Below, piece by piece: positions 55,573 to 64,000 of a stretch of DNA of 64,000 bases. Source of the stretch: Candidatus Cloacimonadales bacterium (GTDB taxonomy: Bacteria > Cloacimonadota > Cloacimonadia > Cloacimonadales > JAFGVF01). The translations under genes and the position numbers were made by a program. Numbering within the stretch: the stretch's first letter is position 1; each line of letters begins with the position of its first letter. The stretch covers positions 2,112,001-2,176,000 of the forward strand of contig OY762964.1 in assembly GCA_963667035.1 (NCBI GenBank), read 5' to 3'. The notes beneath the pieces were generated by a model. It saw only the letters and a list, made by a program, of their open reading frames with translations, was not told where the DNA came from and searched no databases.

Positions 55573-58299
55573 CTATTCGAAGATTTTGAGAACCACGAAT
55601 CCATTATCTCCATTCGATATGAATATATGGTTATTATCAAATCTTACATCCTTAACTGATGTTAATCCATCGTCATTTGTCTGCTGGACAACAGCAACAT
55701 TACTTGTATTAGTTACATTTACAATTGAAACACCACCTTCATCGGCAGCTATCACAGCAAAGTTATCTTTAACATAGCATGACATTGGGGTTCCTACTAT
55801 TGAGCAGTTACTTAACTCAGATAATTGTGAAGGTGAAGAGATACTATATGCATAGAATCCGTCACTAGTACAAGCATAGAGAACGTCATCGAAACTGTAA
55901 ACATCTGTTGCAGGAGATGATGTTGCGGTTGTACTTGCAATACTAGGATTAGTTGGATCTGTTACGTCAACAATAACAATACCGTTGGTCATATCTGCAA
56001 CATAAGCATAGTTACCAACAACACAAACTTGATGAGCTGATCCGTCAGTATCAATGTTTCCAACTATTGTTGGAGTAGTTGGGTCAGTTAAATCAAATAT
56101 CTGAAGTCCTGCTTCTGCATCTGCAACATAAGCATAGTTACCTTCTACCCATATACCTTCGGCATTTCCCGGAGTTGTTCCATATCCGACATATTGTGGA
56201 AGAACAGGATTAGTAACGCTGTTAATCTGCATACCCCATTCAAGGTCTACTGAATAAGCTGTGTTGTTGTAGTAGAATACATCGTAGCAATAATTAGGAG
56301 TATTTATCAATCCATTAACAGTTGGACTATTAGGATTTGTTGCATTAATAACTAACATTCCGGCTCCTCTATCAGCAGCATAGATATAGCCTTCATTGTA
56401 ATCAAATCCATAGATGCCATTCATAACATTGCAAGAACCGACTTCTTCCATACTCCAACTTCCTGCCATAATTCCTGTTGTAAACGACCATACAGGACTA
56501 CTAGTCTCAAGGGCATTATCAGAAGCAACAACTTTCCAGTAGTATGTTGTTGAAGTTTCTAATTGCTCAACTGTATATGTTGTGTCGGTTAAGCCTTCAG
56601 CATAAACCGGAGGATTACTGTCTGTTCCTATATAGAAAGAATAAGTTAATGGCTGACCGGTATTAGGATCTGAGCAAGCCCATTGGAAGTCTAATGAAGT
56701 ATGAGTATCTGTTGCCATATCTTCAGGATATGGAGAAGATGGCTCAAGCGGTGCAACATTTGGAGCATCAATTGTATCGAACAACCAAGTAGTACCTGTT
56801 CTCCAAACGCTACCATCAAAGGCAAGAACTCTCCAGTAGTAAGTTTCATCATACTGTAAGCCTGTTGGAGCAAAGCTCTTCTCTGTAAGACCTTCAGCTA
56901 TAGTTTCGAAATTAGAGCCTGTTCCCATCTGAACATTATATGTTAAATCATCACCGTCTAAATCTGAACATTCCCAAGAGAGAACAACATCTAAGAAGAT
57001 GAAATCAGCGCCATTTTCAGGATATGGATTGGTTATAGGTTCAGGTCTTGTATTTGTTCTAAAATGCCAAGTAGGACTTGTGGAAGCAGATGTTCCATCA
57101 TTAGCTTCTATCTTCCAGTAATATGTTGTAGCTGAAAGTAAGCTAGTAGCTTCATAGCTATTTGCTGTTTGACTATAACTCATAACAACAGGATTCGGTT
57201 GTGTTCCAAAATATACTTTATAGCTAACTTCATCATTTTCATCCTGATCTTCACAATCCCATGTAAGAGTTACGCTATTTGCTACACCAATTGCATCATC
57301 TGCAGGGAATGGGTTTGACGGTACAGGTGGTGTAAAGTTTGTTGAAAATGACCAAACAGGACCGGTTACTTGATTATAACCGTCAGTAACAACTATTTTC
57401 CAATAGTAAGTAGTTGATAATTGTAACTGATTAAGTGTATATTCGCTATATGATAAGTCTTCGCCAATTAGCACGGGATCTGCATCTGTACCAAAGTATA
57501 AATCATAGAACATTGAAGAGTTCTCAGGATCTTGACTGGACCAATTAAGAACTAGAGATGGTGATAGACCTGTTTCTCCATCAGCAGGATATTGACCTTC
57601 AAGTATTACAGGTGGTAAATTCTCTCCCATAGTTGTCTTGAAATGCCATACATCTCCGACTTTTTTTGCAGTTCCATCGTAAACATCTATTCTCCAATAA
57701 TATGTTGTTTCAAAAGCAAGCTCTTGAGCAAATGTAAAGCTTGTTTCAGTTTGATTGTCTGAAATTGGAGTATCAGGTAATGTACTTGAAGTTCCATAAT
57801 ATACATCGTAGACTAATTCATCACCGTCAGCATCTGAACTTTCCCAAGACAAGGTTGGGAGTACAGGAATGGTTTCTGCTCCGTTTGCAGGATTTGGGTT
57901 ACTTGCTTTTTCAGGTACTGTGTTAGGTCTTCTCAATTGGATTTCTACAGGAGTACTATTTGTACTGTTTCCACTTTTATCAACAGCTTTTGCAACCAAA
58001 GAGCAATCTCCGGCTTCCATATTTGAAGTAACCCATTGATATGTATAAGGAGAGGTTGTAAGTGTTGTTATCAACTCTCCGTTTGCCATAAACTCTACTC
58101 TGCGAACTTGTTCGTTATCATCTGCATTAATGGTAACATTAACTGTGTTACCGATAGTATAAGTTGCACCTTGAACAGGTTGAGCAATACTCACAGTCGG
58201 GGGAGTTTTATCTGAACTCGTTGAATCACCGCATCCGGCAAATATTGCTAAACCAAGGCATAAAAGACCAATAATTAAATATTTAGTCCCTTTCATCAT
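55573..58299 (-). CDS. Surface lipoprotein: Ig-like domain, five FN3-like repeats and an LVIVD-repeat propeller
   Basis: Lipobox FAGC and a DKTPPTVSI Ig-like domain. Five repeats of P.P...L.W..D...Y....GT...TYYW...W.F.T. GNYAYVAD...GL.I.D..DP..P repeats at the C-terminus. Confidence 0.85.
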   Translation of the reverse strand: MMKGTKYLIIGLLCLGLAIFAGCGDSTSSDKTPPTVSIAQPVQGATYTIGNTVNVTINADDNEQVRRVEFMANGELITTLTTSPYTYQWVTSNMEAGDCSLVAKAVDKSGNSTNSTPVEIQLRRPNTVPEKASNPNPANGAETIPVLPTLSWESSDADGDELVYDVYYGTSSTLPDTPISDNQTETSFTFAQELAFETTYYWRIDVYDGTAKKVGDVWHFKTTMGENLPPVILEGQYPADGETGLSPSLVLNWSSQDPENSSMFYDLYFGTDADPVLIGEDLSYSEYTLNQLQLSTTYYWKIVVTDGYNQVTGPVWSFSTNFTPPVPSNPFPADDAIGVANSVTLTWDCEDQDENDEVSYKVYFGTQPNPVVMSYSQTANSYEATSLLSATTYYWKIEANDGTSASTSPTWHFRTNTRPEPITNPYPENGADFIFLDVVLSWECSDLDGDDLTYNVQMGTGSNFETIAEGLTEKSFAPTGLQYDETYYWRVLAFDGSVWRTGTTWLFDTIDAPNVAPLEPSSPYPEDMATDTHTSLDFQWACSDPNTGQPLTYSFYIGTDSNPPVYAEGLTDTTYTVEQLETSTTYYWKVVASDNALETSSPVWSFTTGIMAGSWSMEEVGSCNVMNGIYGFDYNEGYIYAADRGAGMLVINATNPNSPTVNGLINTPNYCYDVFYYNNTAYSVDLEWGMQINSVTNPVLPQYVGYGTTPGNAEGIWVEGNYAYVADAEAGLQIFDLTDPTTPTIVGNIDTDGSAHQVCVVGNYAYVADMTNGIVIVDVTDPTNPSIASTTATSSPATDVYSFDDVLYACTSDGFYAYSISSPSQLSELSNCSIVGTPMSCYVKDNFAVIAADEGGVSIVNVTNTSNVAVVQQTNDDGLTSVKDVRFDNNHIFISNGDNGFVVLKIFE

Positions 58300-58383
58300 T
58301 CTAACCTCCAGTGGATTGTTATTTACTTTATTTATGTTAGATAATACATCTTCTGTCAATTAAAAACTGAAATCTCCTATATT

Positions 58384-59118
58384 TTATTCCCAAGTATATC
58401 TCACATTGTTCTTCTTTAGAGCATTTACAAGCCTGAATTCAATTCGGTTTTCTCCGAAAATTTTATCAAGACTTTTTACTTTTTGTCTATACTCATCTCG
58501 GATATTATTCTCTTCGTAAGGGCATTTATAATCCAATATGGATAACTCCAAATTAGTAAAAATATTTTGAATCGCTCTCTCCCCTATTGTTAACATGGGG
58601 CGAATTACTTTTAACGGATATTTATCGTACTTCACCACAGGTCTGAGAGTTTCAATCCTACTGTGTTCCATCAAGTTCATGACAAATGTTTCAGTGAGGT
58701 CTCCTGCATGGTGTCCTAAAGCCATCTTTTGAATTCCATGATTCTCCATATACTCCCACATTGCAACTCTTTTGAATCTGGAACATGAATAGCAAACACT
58801 TTTCTCTGAAATACTTCTTTCCATGTTAATTGAAAGTTCTCGATACTCAATTCCCAATGCTGAACAGTAATCACTGATTATTCCGGTATCATATTTATCA
58901 GTTCTCACATGGAGAGCTATAACACTGTAATTTAGATAGGAGTATTTGTTAACATACCAAAGAAGATAGAGTAGAATTAGGCTATCCTTTCCACCGGATA
59001 CCGCTACAGCAATTGTCTCATTGTTATCAATAAGCTCATACTTTCTTATAGCTCGGATAATCTCTGAACTTATCGGCTCTAATGATTTCCTATATTCTTT
59101 TACTATCCTCAATCTCAC
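58384..59118 (-). CDS. TtcA-family PP-loop ATPase (tRNA thiolation-like)
   Basis: SGGKDS, CYSCSRFKR, ALGHH and IRPM motifs. Start may be TTG at 59112. Confidence 0.82.
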   Translation of the reverse strand: MRLRIVKEYRKSLEPISSEIIRAIRKYELIDNNETIAVAVSGGKDSLILLYLLWYVNKYSYLNYSVIALHVRTDKYDTGIISDYCSALGIEYRELSINMERSISEKSVCYSCSRFKRVAMWEYMENHGIQKMALGHHAGDLTETFVMNLMEHSRIETLRPVVKYDKYPLKVIRPMLTIGERAIQNIFTNLELSILDYKCPYEENNIRDEYRQKVKSLDKIFGENRIEFRLVNALKKNNVRYTWE

Positions 59119-59146
59119 TCCTTAGTTATCCCATGTAAAAACACTT

Positions 59147-59165
59147 ATGCAGTTTTTCTGCCAAA
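59147..59165 (-). promoter_or_regulatory. Candidate sigma54 (-24/-12) promoter
   Basis: Minus strand reads TTTGGCAGAAAAACTGCAT (GG-N10-GC), about 30 bp upstream of the ttcA-like start. Confidence 0.55.
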
Positions 59166-59381
59166 CTTATATTTATTTGCTTTATAGTATAATTTTGTTG
59201 TTAAGGTAGAGAATACATAATCAAAAATTCCAATATTCTTTTATAATCTCCCTTCTTAGAATAGTCTTCAGTATCATGCTCCTGAATGACAATAAAAGAA
59301 TTCATACTTGCCATTATGATTTCTTCTTGCTAAATTTATAGTCAATACTTTTACTCAAACACCTCCTAATCTCTTCTTTTT

Positions 59382-59527
59382 TTGGTTCCTTCTACCCTAC
59401 TTCTACCCTGTGGTTTCTCTCGGGTTAGTCTCCCGTTGCTCTCCCGTTGCTCGCAACGAGATAGAAACGGGAGAAAAATGAGACAGAAACTAGTGAAAAT
59501 TATCCGGTTGGTGGACGAGCAGAAGGA
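59382..59527. repeat. Palindromic 11-bp-unit dispersed repeat, copy 2
   Basis: Shares GGTTTCTCTCGGGTTAGTCTCCCGTTGCTCTCCCGTTG and the right arm with copy 1, and has one fewer unit. Confidence 0.85.
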
Positions 59528-59718
59528 TGCAAAAAAGATTGTGAGGAGTATTCTTAAAACTGTGTAAATTGATAAAATCAGATTCATAGAGGCCATGTAT
59601 TATTTTGCACAAGACACAAAAAAATAAGATTAGCATAATCTCATTGACAATGAATGAATTTAATAACCTATTGTCTTATAGTGAGTAAGAAAGATGTTAA
59701 AAGCTGTTAAATTCTTAC

Positions 59719-59746
59719 TTGACACAGTATTGCCTCAAAATAATGT
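59719..59746 (+). promoter_or_regulatory. Sigma70-type promoter for tRNA-Leu-tig-clpPX
   Basis: TTGACA-N16-TAATGT, ending 8 bp before the tRNA. Confidence 0.6.
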
Positions 59747-59754
59747 GACGCAGT

Positions 59755-59840
59755 GCGAAAGTGGCGGAATTGGCAGACGCGCTGGACTTAGAATCCAGTG
59801 AGCATAGCTCGTAGGGGTTCAAGTCCCCTCTTTCGCACCA
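59755..59840 (+). tRNA. tRNA-Leu (anticodon TAG)
   Basis: Acceptor stem GCGAAAG / CTTTCGC, anticodon arm CTGGA-CTTAGAA-TCCAG, long variable arm, GTTCAAG T-loop and encoded CCA. Confidence 0.97.
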
Positions 59841-59881
59841 TTTTTTTGTAAACAAATTAAGATAACATAAAGGAGACTGTT

Positions 59882-61147
59882 GTGAAAATTGAAATCAATA
59901 ACAAGAGTCAGGTATTACAGGAAGCTGTGATCACAGTTGATGCGGAAACAGCATTGAAAGATTATAACAAAGCACTTAAAAGAGTGGCTAACAAAGTTGT
60001 TATACCCGGATTCAGAAAGGGTAAAGCACCTCTCACACGTGTAGAAAAAGACTATGAACCACAGATAGTTAATGAATATTACAATACTTTCATAGACAAG
60101 TACTACCAACAGGCACTCGAAGAAGGTGATTTCCACCCAATGACAGAACCAACTCCTACAAATATCGATTGGGAAAAAGGTAAAGATTTCGTACTTACAT
60201 TGTCCTATGAAATTGAACCTACCATAGAATTAAAGAAATATGAAGGCTTGGAGATTCCTTTCAAACCAATGCCTATAGATGCTCAACTTGATAACTATCT
60301 TGAAGAGCTTAGACAAAGAGGTTCAACTCAGATAGATGTCGATGAACCTGTTATGGAAGGAGATATCATAGATGTAACAGTTACTGTTGGTGAAGATAGC
60401 ATTCAAAGAGAGCTGTTAGTAGACCCAAGTCTTGGTGAAGAACTTTTTAATTCATTACTTGAAAAGAAAATCGGCGACGAATTCGATAGCAAAATGAGAG
60501 CTCGTTTATTTGATAAAGATGCAAAAGACCCTGAAGAAGAAATTGAGGTTAAAATTAGCCTTGATGCTGTCAGAAGAGTTAAAGTACCTGAGCTTGATGA
60601 TGAATTTGCCAAAGATTATGAATATGAAACTCTTGCAGAGATGAGAGAAAAACTTGCTGAAGAACTTCAAGTTGATAACGATAAAGCAAATCGTGAAGCA
60701 AAACGTTCAAACACACTCGTAAAGATTGCCGAAGAGAATGAGTTTGAAGTACCGCAGGTGATGGTTGATAATTATACATATCATTTGGCAAAGCCTTATG
60801 TTGAAGCTTATAATATTGAAGCTGAAAAGATTATGCCTATGTTTAAACCTGAAGCTGAACGTGAAGTTAAACATTATTTCGTAATCAAAGCTCTCAAAGA
60901 AATGCTTGAGACAGACTATGACGAAGACTTCAAAAACGAAATGATTGAAAGATTCGCTCTTGAAGCTAAGAAAACTGTTGAAGAATATAAAGAAACTCAG
61001 AAAAGCTTTATTGAATCAGAAGATTTTGACGATGTACTCAAAACAGAAAAGCTCTATCGCTGGTTAGAAGAAAAGAATACCTATGTTGAACCGGTAGTAG
61101 AAGAACCTAAGAATGAAGAGGAGCCGGAAATAGCTCCTGAAGCTTAA
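59882..61147 (+). CDS. tig: Trigger factor
   Basis: [10 protein letters not shown] ribosome-binding motif, PELDDEFAK and synteny with clpPX. Confidence 0.93.
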   Translation: MKIEINNKSQVLQEAVITVDAETALKDYNKALKRVANKVVIPGFRKGKAPLTRVEKDYEPQIVNEYYNTFIDKYYQQALEEGDFHPMTEPTPTNIDWEKGKDFVLTLSYEIEPTIELKKYEGLEIPFKPMPIDAQLDNYLEELRQRGSTQIDVDEPVMEGDIIDVTVTVGEDSIQRELLVDPSLGEELFNSLLEKKIGDEFDSKMRARLFDKDAKDPEEEIEVKISLDAVRRVKVPELDDEFAKDYEYETLAEMREKLAEELQVDNDKANREAKRSNTLVKIAEENEFEVPQVMVDNYTYHLAKPYVEAYNIEAEKIMPMFKPEAEREVKHYFVIKALKEMLETDYDEDFKNEMIERFALEAKKTVEEYKETQKSFIESEDFDDVLKTEKLYRWLEEKNTYVEPVVEEPKNEEEPEIAPEA

Positions 61148-61164
61148 AAAATCAGGGAGAAGAT

Positions 61165-61749
61165 GTGAGTTTTATTCCTTTTGTAATTGAGCAGTCCGGA
61201 AGAGCGGAACGTTCTTATGATATTTTTTCGAGACTCCTTAAAGATAGAATTATCTTTATTGGCGGTGCTATAAATGATGCAGTAGCAAATCTGGTTGTTG
61301 CTCAATTGTTACACCTTGAAGCTGAAGCTCCTGAAAAAGATATTTATATGTACATAAACAGTCCCGGCGGTGTGATAACTTCCGGATTGGCTATTTATGA
61401 TACGATGCAATACATAAAACCGGATGTAAGCACTATATGTATAGGACAAGCTGCCAGTATGGGTGCAGTTCTGTTAGCTGCCGGTGCTGAAGGGAAAAGA
61501 ATCGCCCTTCCAAGTAGCAGAATAATGATTCACCAACCTTTAGGTGGAGCTCAAGGACAAGCTACTGATATAGAGATTCAAGCTAAAGAAATCTCATACA
61601 TGAAAGATCAGCTAGCCGAAATCTTACGCAAACACACAGGAAAAACGGTTAAAAGAATTAAGACAGATTCAGATAGAAACTTCTTTATGAGTGCTCAGGA
61701 AGCTCTTGAGTACGGAATAATTGATACAGTTATTGAGAAAAGGAAATAG
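61165..61749 (+). CDS. clpP: ATP-dependent Clp protease proteolytic subunit
   Basis: YINSPGG, catalytic Ser in QAASMG and MIHQP. Confidence 0.97.
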   Translation: MSFIPFVIEQSGRAERSYDIFSRLLKDRIIFIGGAINDAVANLVVAQLLHLEAEAPEKDIYMYINSPGGVITSGLAIYDTMQYIKPDVSTICIGQAASMGAVLLAAGAEGKRIALPSSRIMIHQPLGGAQGQATDIEIQAKEISYMKDQLAEILRKHTGKTVKRIKTDSDRNFFMSAQEALEYGIIDTVIEKRK

Positions 61750-61751
61750 CT

Positions 61752-62972
61752 TTGAGTGATATTTTAGAAGAAAGCTGTTCGATATGCGGTAGACCACAAT
61801 CAGAAGTTAAAGCCATGATTCATGGCGTAACCGGTAATATCTGTAACGAGTGCATTGACTTATGTCATGACATGGTTCACAGTAAAAATGATTTGGAACA
61901 AATGGATGAGGAATTTAAACTTCCCACTCCTTCCGAATTAAAGAAACACCTTGATAGTTACGTTATCGATCAGGATAAAGCAAAGATTGCCATATCCGTG
62001 GCTGTTTACAATCACTATAAACGTATTTTCAAACAACAGCATACAGATGAAGAAATCGACATTGAAAAAAGTAATATCCTGCTGCTGGGACCAACAGGTT
62101 CAGGTAAGACCTTATTAGCTCAAACTCTTGCCCGGTTCCTCAAAGTCCCTTTTGCTATAGCCGACGCTACAACTCTTACCGAAGCAGGCTATGTGGGAGA
62201 TGATGTTGAGAATATACTCACAAGACTTCTTCAAGCAGCTAACTTTGATGTTGATAAAGCCCAACGAGGCATTATATATGTGGACGAGCTTGATAAAATA
62301 GCTAGAAAATCAGAGACTCCTTCCATTACACGAGATGTGTCAGGGGAAGGTGTACAGCAAGCTCTCCTGAAAATATTGGAAGGTTCTGTTGTTAATGTAC
62401 CACCAAAAGGTGGAAGAAAACATCCTTACCAAGACTTCATTCATCTCGATACAAAGAACATTCTCTTCATTTGCGGAGGAGCTTTCTTTGGTTTGGATAA
62501 ACTGATTAAAAGCAGAACCAATAAAAAGACCGTCGGGTTTGATGCAGAACTTCAATCAGATAAGATTGATAAAGACATACTTAATAAAGTAAGCTACGAA
62601 GATTTGCTAAAGTTTGGTATAATACCTGAGTTGATTGGTCGTTTACCGGTTGTTACAGCTCTACATGAGCTTAATGAAGAAGCTTTGGTTAAGATTCTCA
62701 CAGAACCTAAGAACTCATTGGTAAAACAATATCAGAAGCTCCTCAAACTGGATGGAGTTGAACTTTCTTTCGATAAAAAAGCCTTGAAAGCTATGGCTGA
62801 GCAAGCACAAAAACAACAAACGGGAGCCAGAAGTCTTCGTTCTATCATGGAAAGGACTATGCAAGACATTATGTTCGAGCTTCCCGATAAAAAGAATGTT
62901 GTTGAGTGCGTGATAACGGAAGATGTTGTCCGCAAAGGTGCTCAACCAAAGTATAAAACCAAGAAGATATAG
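61752..62972 (+). CDS. clpX: Clp protease ATP-binding subunit
   Basis: C4 zinc finger, [12 protein letters not shown] pore loop, RKH and VGF loop. Confidence 0.97.
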   Translation: MSDILEESCSICGRPQSEVKAMIHGVTGNICNECIDLCHDMVHSKNDLEQMDEEFKLPTPSELKKHLDSYVIDQDKAKIAISVAVYNHYKRIFKQQHTDEEIDIEKSNILLLGPTGSGKTLLAQTLARFLKVPFAIADATTLTEAGYVGDDVENILTRLLQAANFDVDKAQRGIIYVDELDKIARKSETPSITRDVSGEGVQQALLKILEGSVVNVPPKGGRKHPYQDFIHLDTKNILFICGGAFFGLDKLIKSRTNKKTVGFDAELQSDKIDKDILNKVSYEDLLKFGIIPELIGRLPVVTALHELNEEALVKILTEPKNSLVKQYQKLLKLDGVELSFDKKALKAMAEQAQKQQTGARSLRSIMERTMQDIMFELPDKKNVVECVITEDVVRKGAQPKYKTKKI

Positions 62973-62991
62973 CTAAGAATAAACAAATACT

Positions 62992-63016
62992 GAGCCCGTT
63001 TCAAAACGGGCTCTTT
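62992..63016 (+). terminator. Intrinsic terminator after clpX
   Basis: GAGCCCGTTT-CA-AAACGGGCTC followed by TTT. Confidence 0.8.
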
Positions 63017-63036
63017 ATCTTATACTTCCATAATGT

Positions 63037-63071
63037 AAAAAAAGAGCCTGTTAAATTAACAGACTCCTTTT
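63037..63071. terminator. Bidirectional terminator-like hairpin
   Basis: A-run, GAGCCTGTTAA / TTAACAGACTC, T-run. Confidence 0.65.
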
Positions 63072-63092
63072 GTCGAAGGACACATGCAATAG

Positions 63093-63824
63093 TTATTCTT
63101 CAATAAATCCTTTTACTTCCCCTCCGGGGATTTTCTTTAGTTTAAAGTCATCATTTACATCCCTCATGACTCCGGGCTCTATCTCAGCTTTATCAGTATA
63201 GCCTCGCTTTTCCCAAAAACCGGGAATGTAATACTCCATTATTTCAATCTTAACAACGCTTTTAGCAGATTTATAACCCCATAAGTAAGGGACAAAAGCT
63301 CTTACCGGTCCACCGTAGTCCTCAGAAAGAAGATTACCGTTGAACTCCCATGCCAAGAGTGTATTCTCTTTCATAGCAATATCAATTGGGATAGAAGTAT
63401 CGTAAATCATTCCATGTGACCAAAAGCGTATGTATTTTGCTTTATCATTAACTTGAACTGCATCCAGTATATCAGATAGTTTGACTCCCGACCAATCACC
63501 CTTTACAGACCATCGGGTAACACTTGTTAGCCTTGAATCCGCAGTAGATTTGTCCATTGCCATTAAATCGGACCAAGAGAAAGTCTTTGGGTTATCACAC
63601 GCACCCGTAACTTCAATTGTCCAATTCTCTCTATCCAGTTCACCCGGATGTCCTTCAGCCCAAAAGATAGGAGCTTCATACTCCTCTAACGATTTATGTG
63701 ATTTCTCATTTGTCTCTACTAAGTTCATATCTTTGTCTTTATCAATCCCTTTACAACTAAAAGTGATAAGTATTAAAATTATAGTTAATATTTTAGAATT
63801 CGTCGAAATGATTGAATTCTGCAT
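63093..63824 (-). CDS. Sulfite-oxidase/MsrP-like molybdopterin-binding domain protein
   Basis: W.IEV.G, VTRWS..WSGV, GGPVRAFVPYLWGYKSAK and GFWEKRGY motifs. Possible lipobox TFSC. Confidence 0.8.
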   Translation of the reverse strand: MQNSIISTNSKILTIILILITFSCKGIDKDKDMNLVETNEKSHKSLEEYEAPIFWAEGHPGELDRENWTIEVTGACDNPKTFSWSDLMAMDKSTADSRLTSVTRWSVKGDWSGVKLSDILDAVQVNDKAKYIRFWSHGMIYDTSIPIDIAMKENTLLAWEFNGNLLSEDYGGPVRAFVPYLWGYKSAKSVVKIEIMEYYIPGFWEKRGYTDKAEIEPGVMRDVNDDFKLKKIPGGEVKGFIEE

Positions 63825-64000
63825 TTTCTATCCATTGCTCGGTATTTAGAAGCATCTCTACTAGATTCTCAAGTATAAGTATATGTTTCTCTTTTTCTTT
63901 AACTATCTTCTTAAGAACTTGCTTTCTTTCGTCATCATCACTACCGAGATGCTCCTCTTTTGAGAGTCTTAAGATTTCTCTTTGCTTCTCCAAGGCACTC
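63793..64000 (-). CDS. Ferritin-like/rubrerythrin protein, C-terminal part (continues beyond the window)
   Basis: KEKEKH di-iron-like motif and C-terminal WIENAEFNH. Confidence 0.6.
   Translation of the reverse strand, partial: SALEKQREILRLSKEEHLGSDDDERKQVLKKIVKEKEKHILILENLVEMLLNTEQWIENAEFNHFDEF

Noticed and set aside
59366..59596. ORFs 59366-59596 (-) and 59382-59567 (+)
   Set aside because: They are read through the palindromic repeat, have no RBS or recognisable protein features, and the frame is not preserved in copy 1 (11-bp indel).
59755..59840. tRNA-Leu as an integration site for an island or prophage
   Set aside because: No integrase, no duplicated tRNA 3' end seen, and tig follows directly in the usual synteny.
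63480..63545. Selenocysteine recoding at the Mo-ligand site
   Set aside because: The codon is AGT, not TGA.

Overview
An AT-rich, gene-dense bacterial chromosomal segment, mostly core genome. It probably comes from an anaerobic diderm of the FCB group. Cloacimonadota is the best guess, inferred from an orphan FlgD/T9SS-like C-terminal domain remnant, TolC, beta-barrel proteins and a degenerate trigger-factor PPIase domain. Housekeeping content: glmM-like mutase, hisC, suhB, murB, DnaQ-DinG helicase, rel, htpG with a CIRCE-like site, arcA, RNase II, a TetR-TolC-MFP-RND efflux operon, a patatin beta-barrel protein, pdhABC-lpdA, an M16C protease, rnpB, and tRNA-Leu(TAG)-tig-clpP-clpX. Most notable observations: (1) an intact, translationally coupled gatE-gatD pair, i.e. 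the textbook archaea-specific Glu-tRNA(Gln) amidotransferase in a bacterium; (2) three non-coding elements built from phased 11-bp units arranged as a large palindrome, two being copies of one family and the third having different sequence but the same architecture; (3) a 1434-aa sigma54 activator fused to a degenerate STAND-like NTPase, TPR and GAF domains, plus a candidate -24/-12 promoter; (4) an RNase P RNA with an expanded, branched P18; (5) non-canonical catalytic or transport residues in the RND pump and in a sulfite-oxidase-family protein. All calls rest on motif recognition by eye; no database searches were run.
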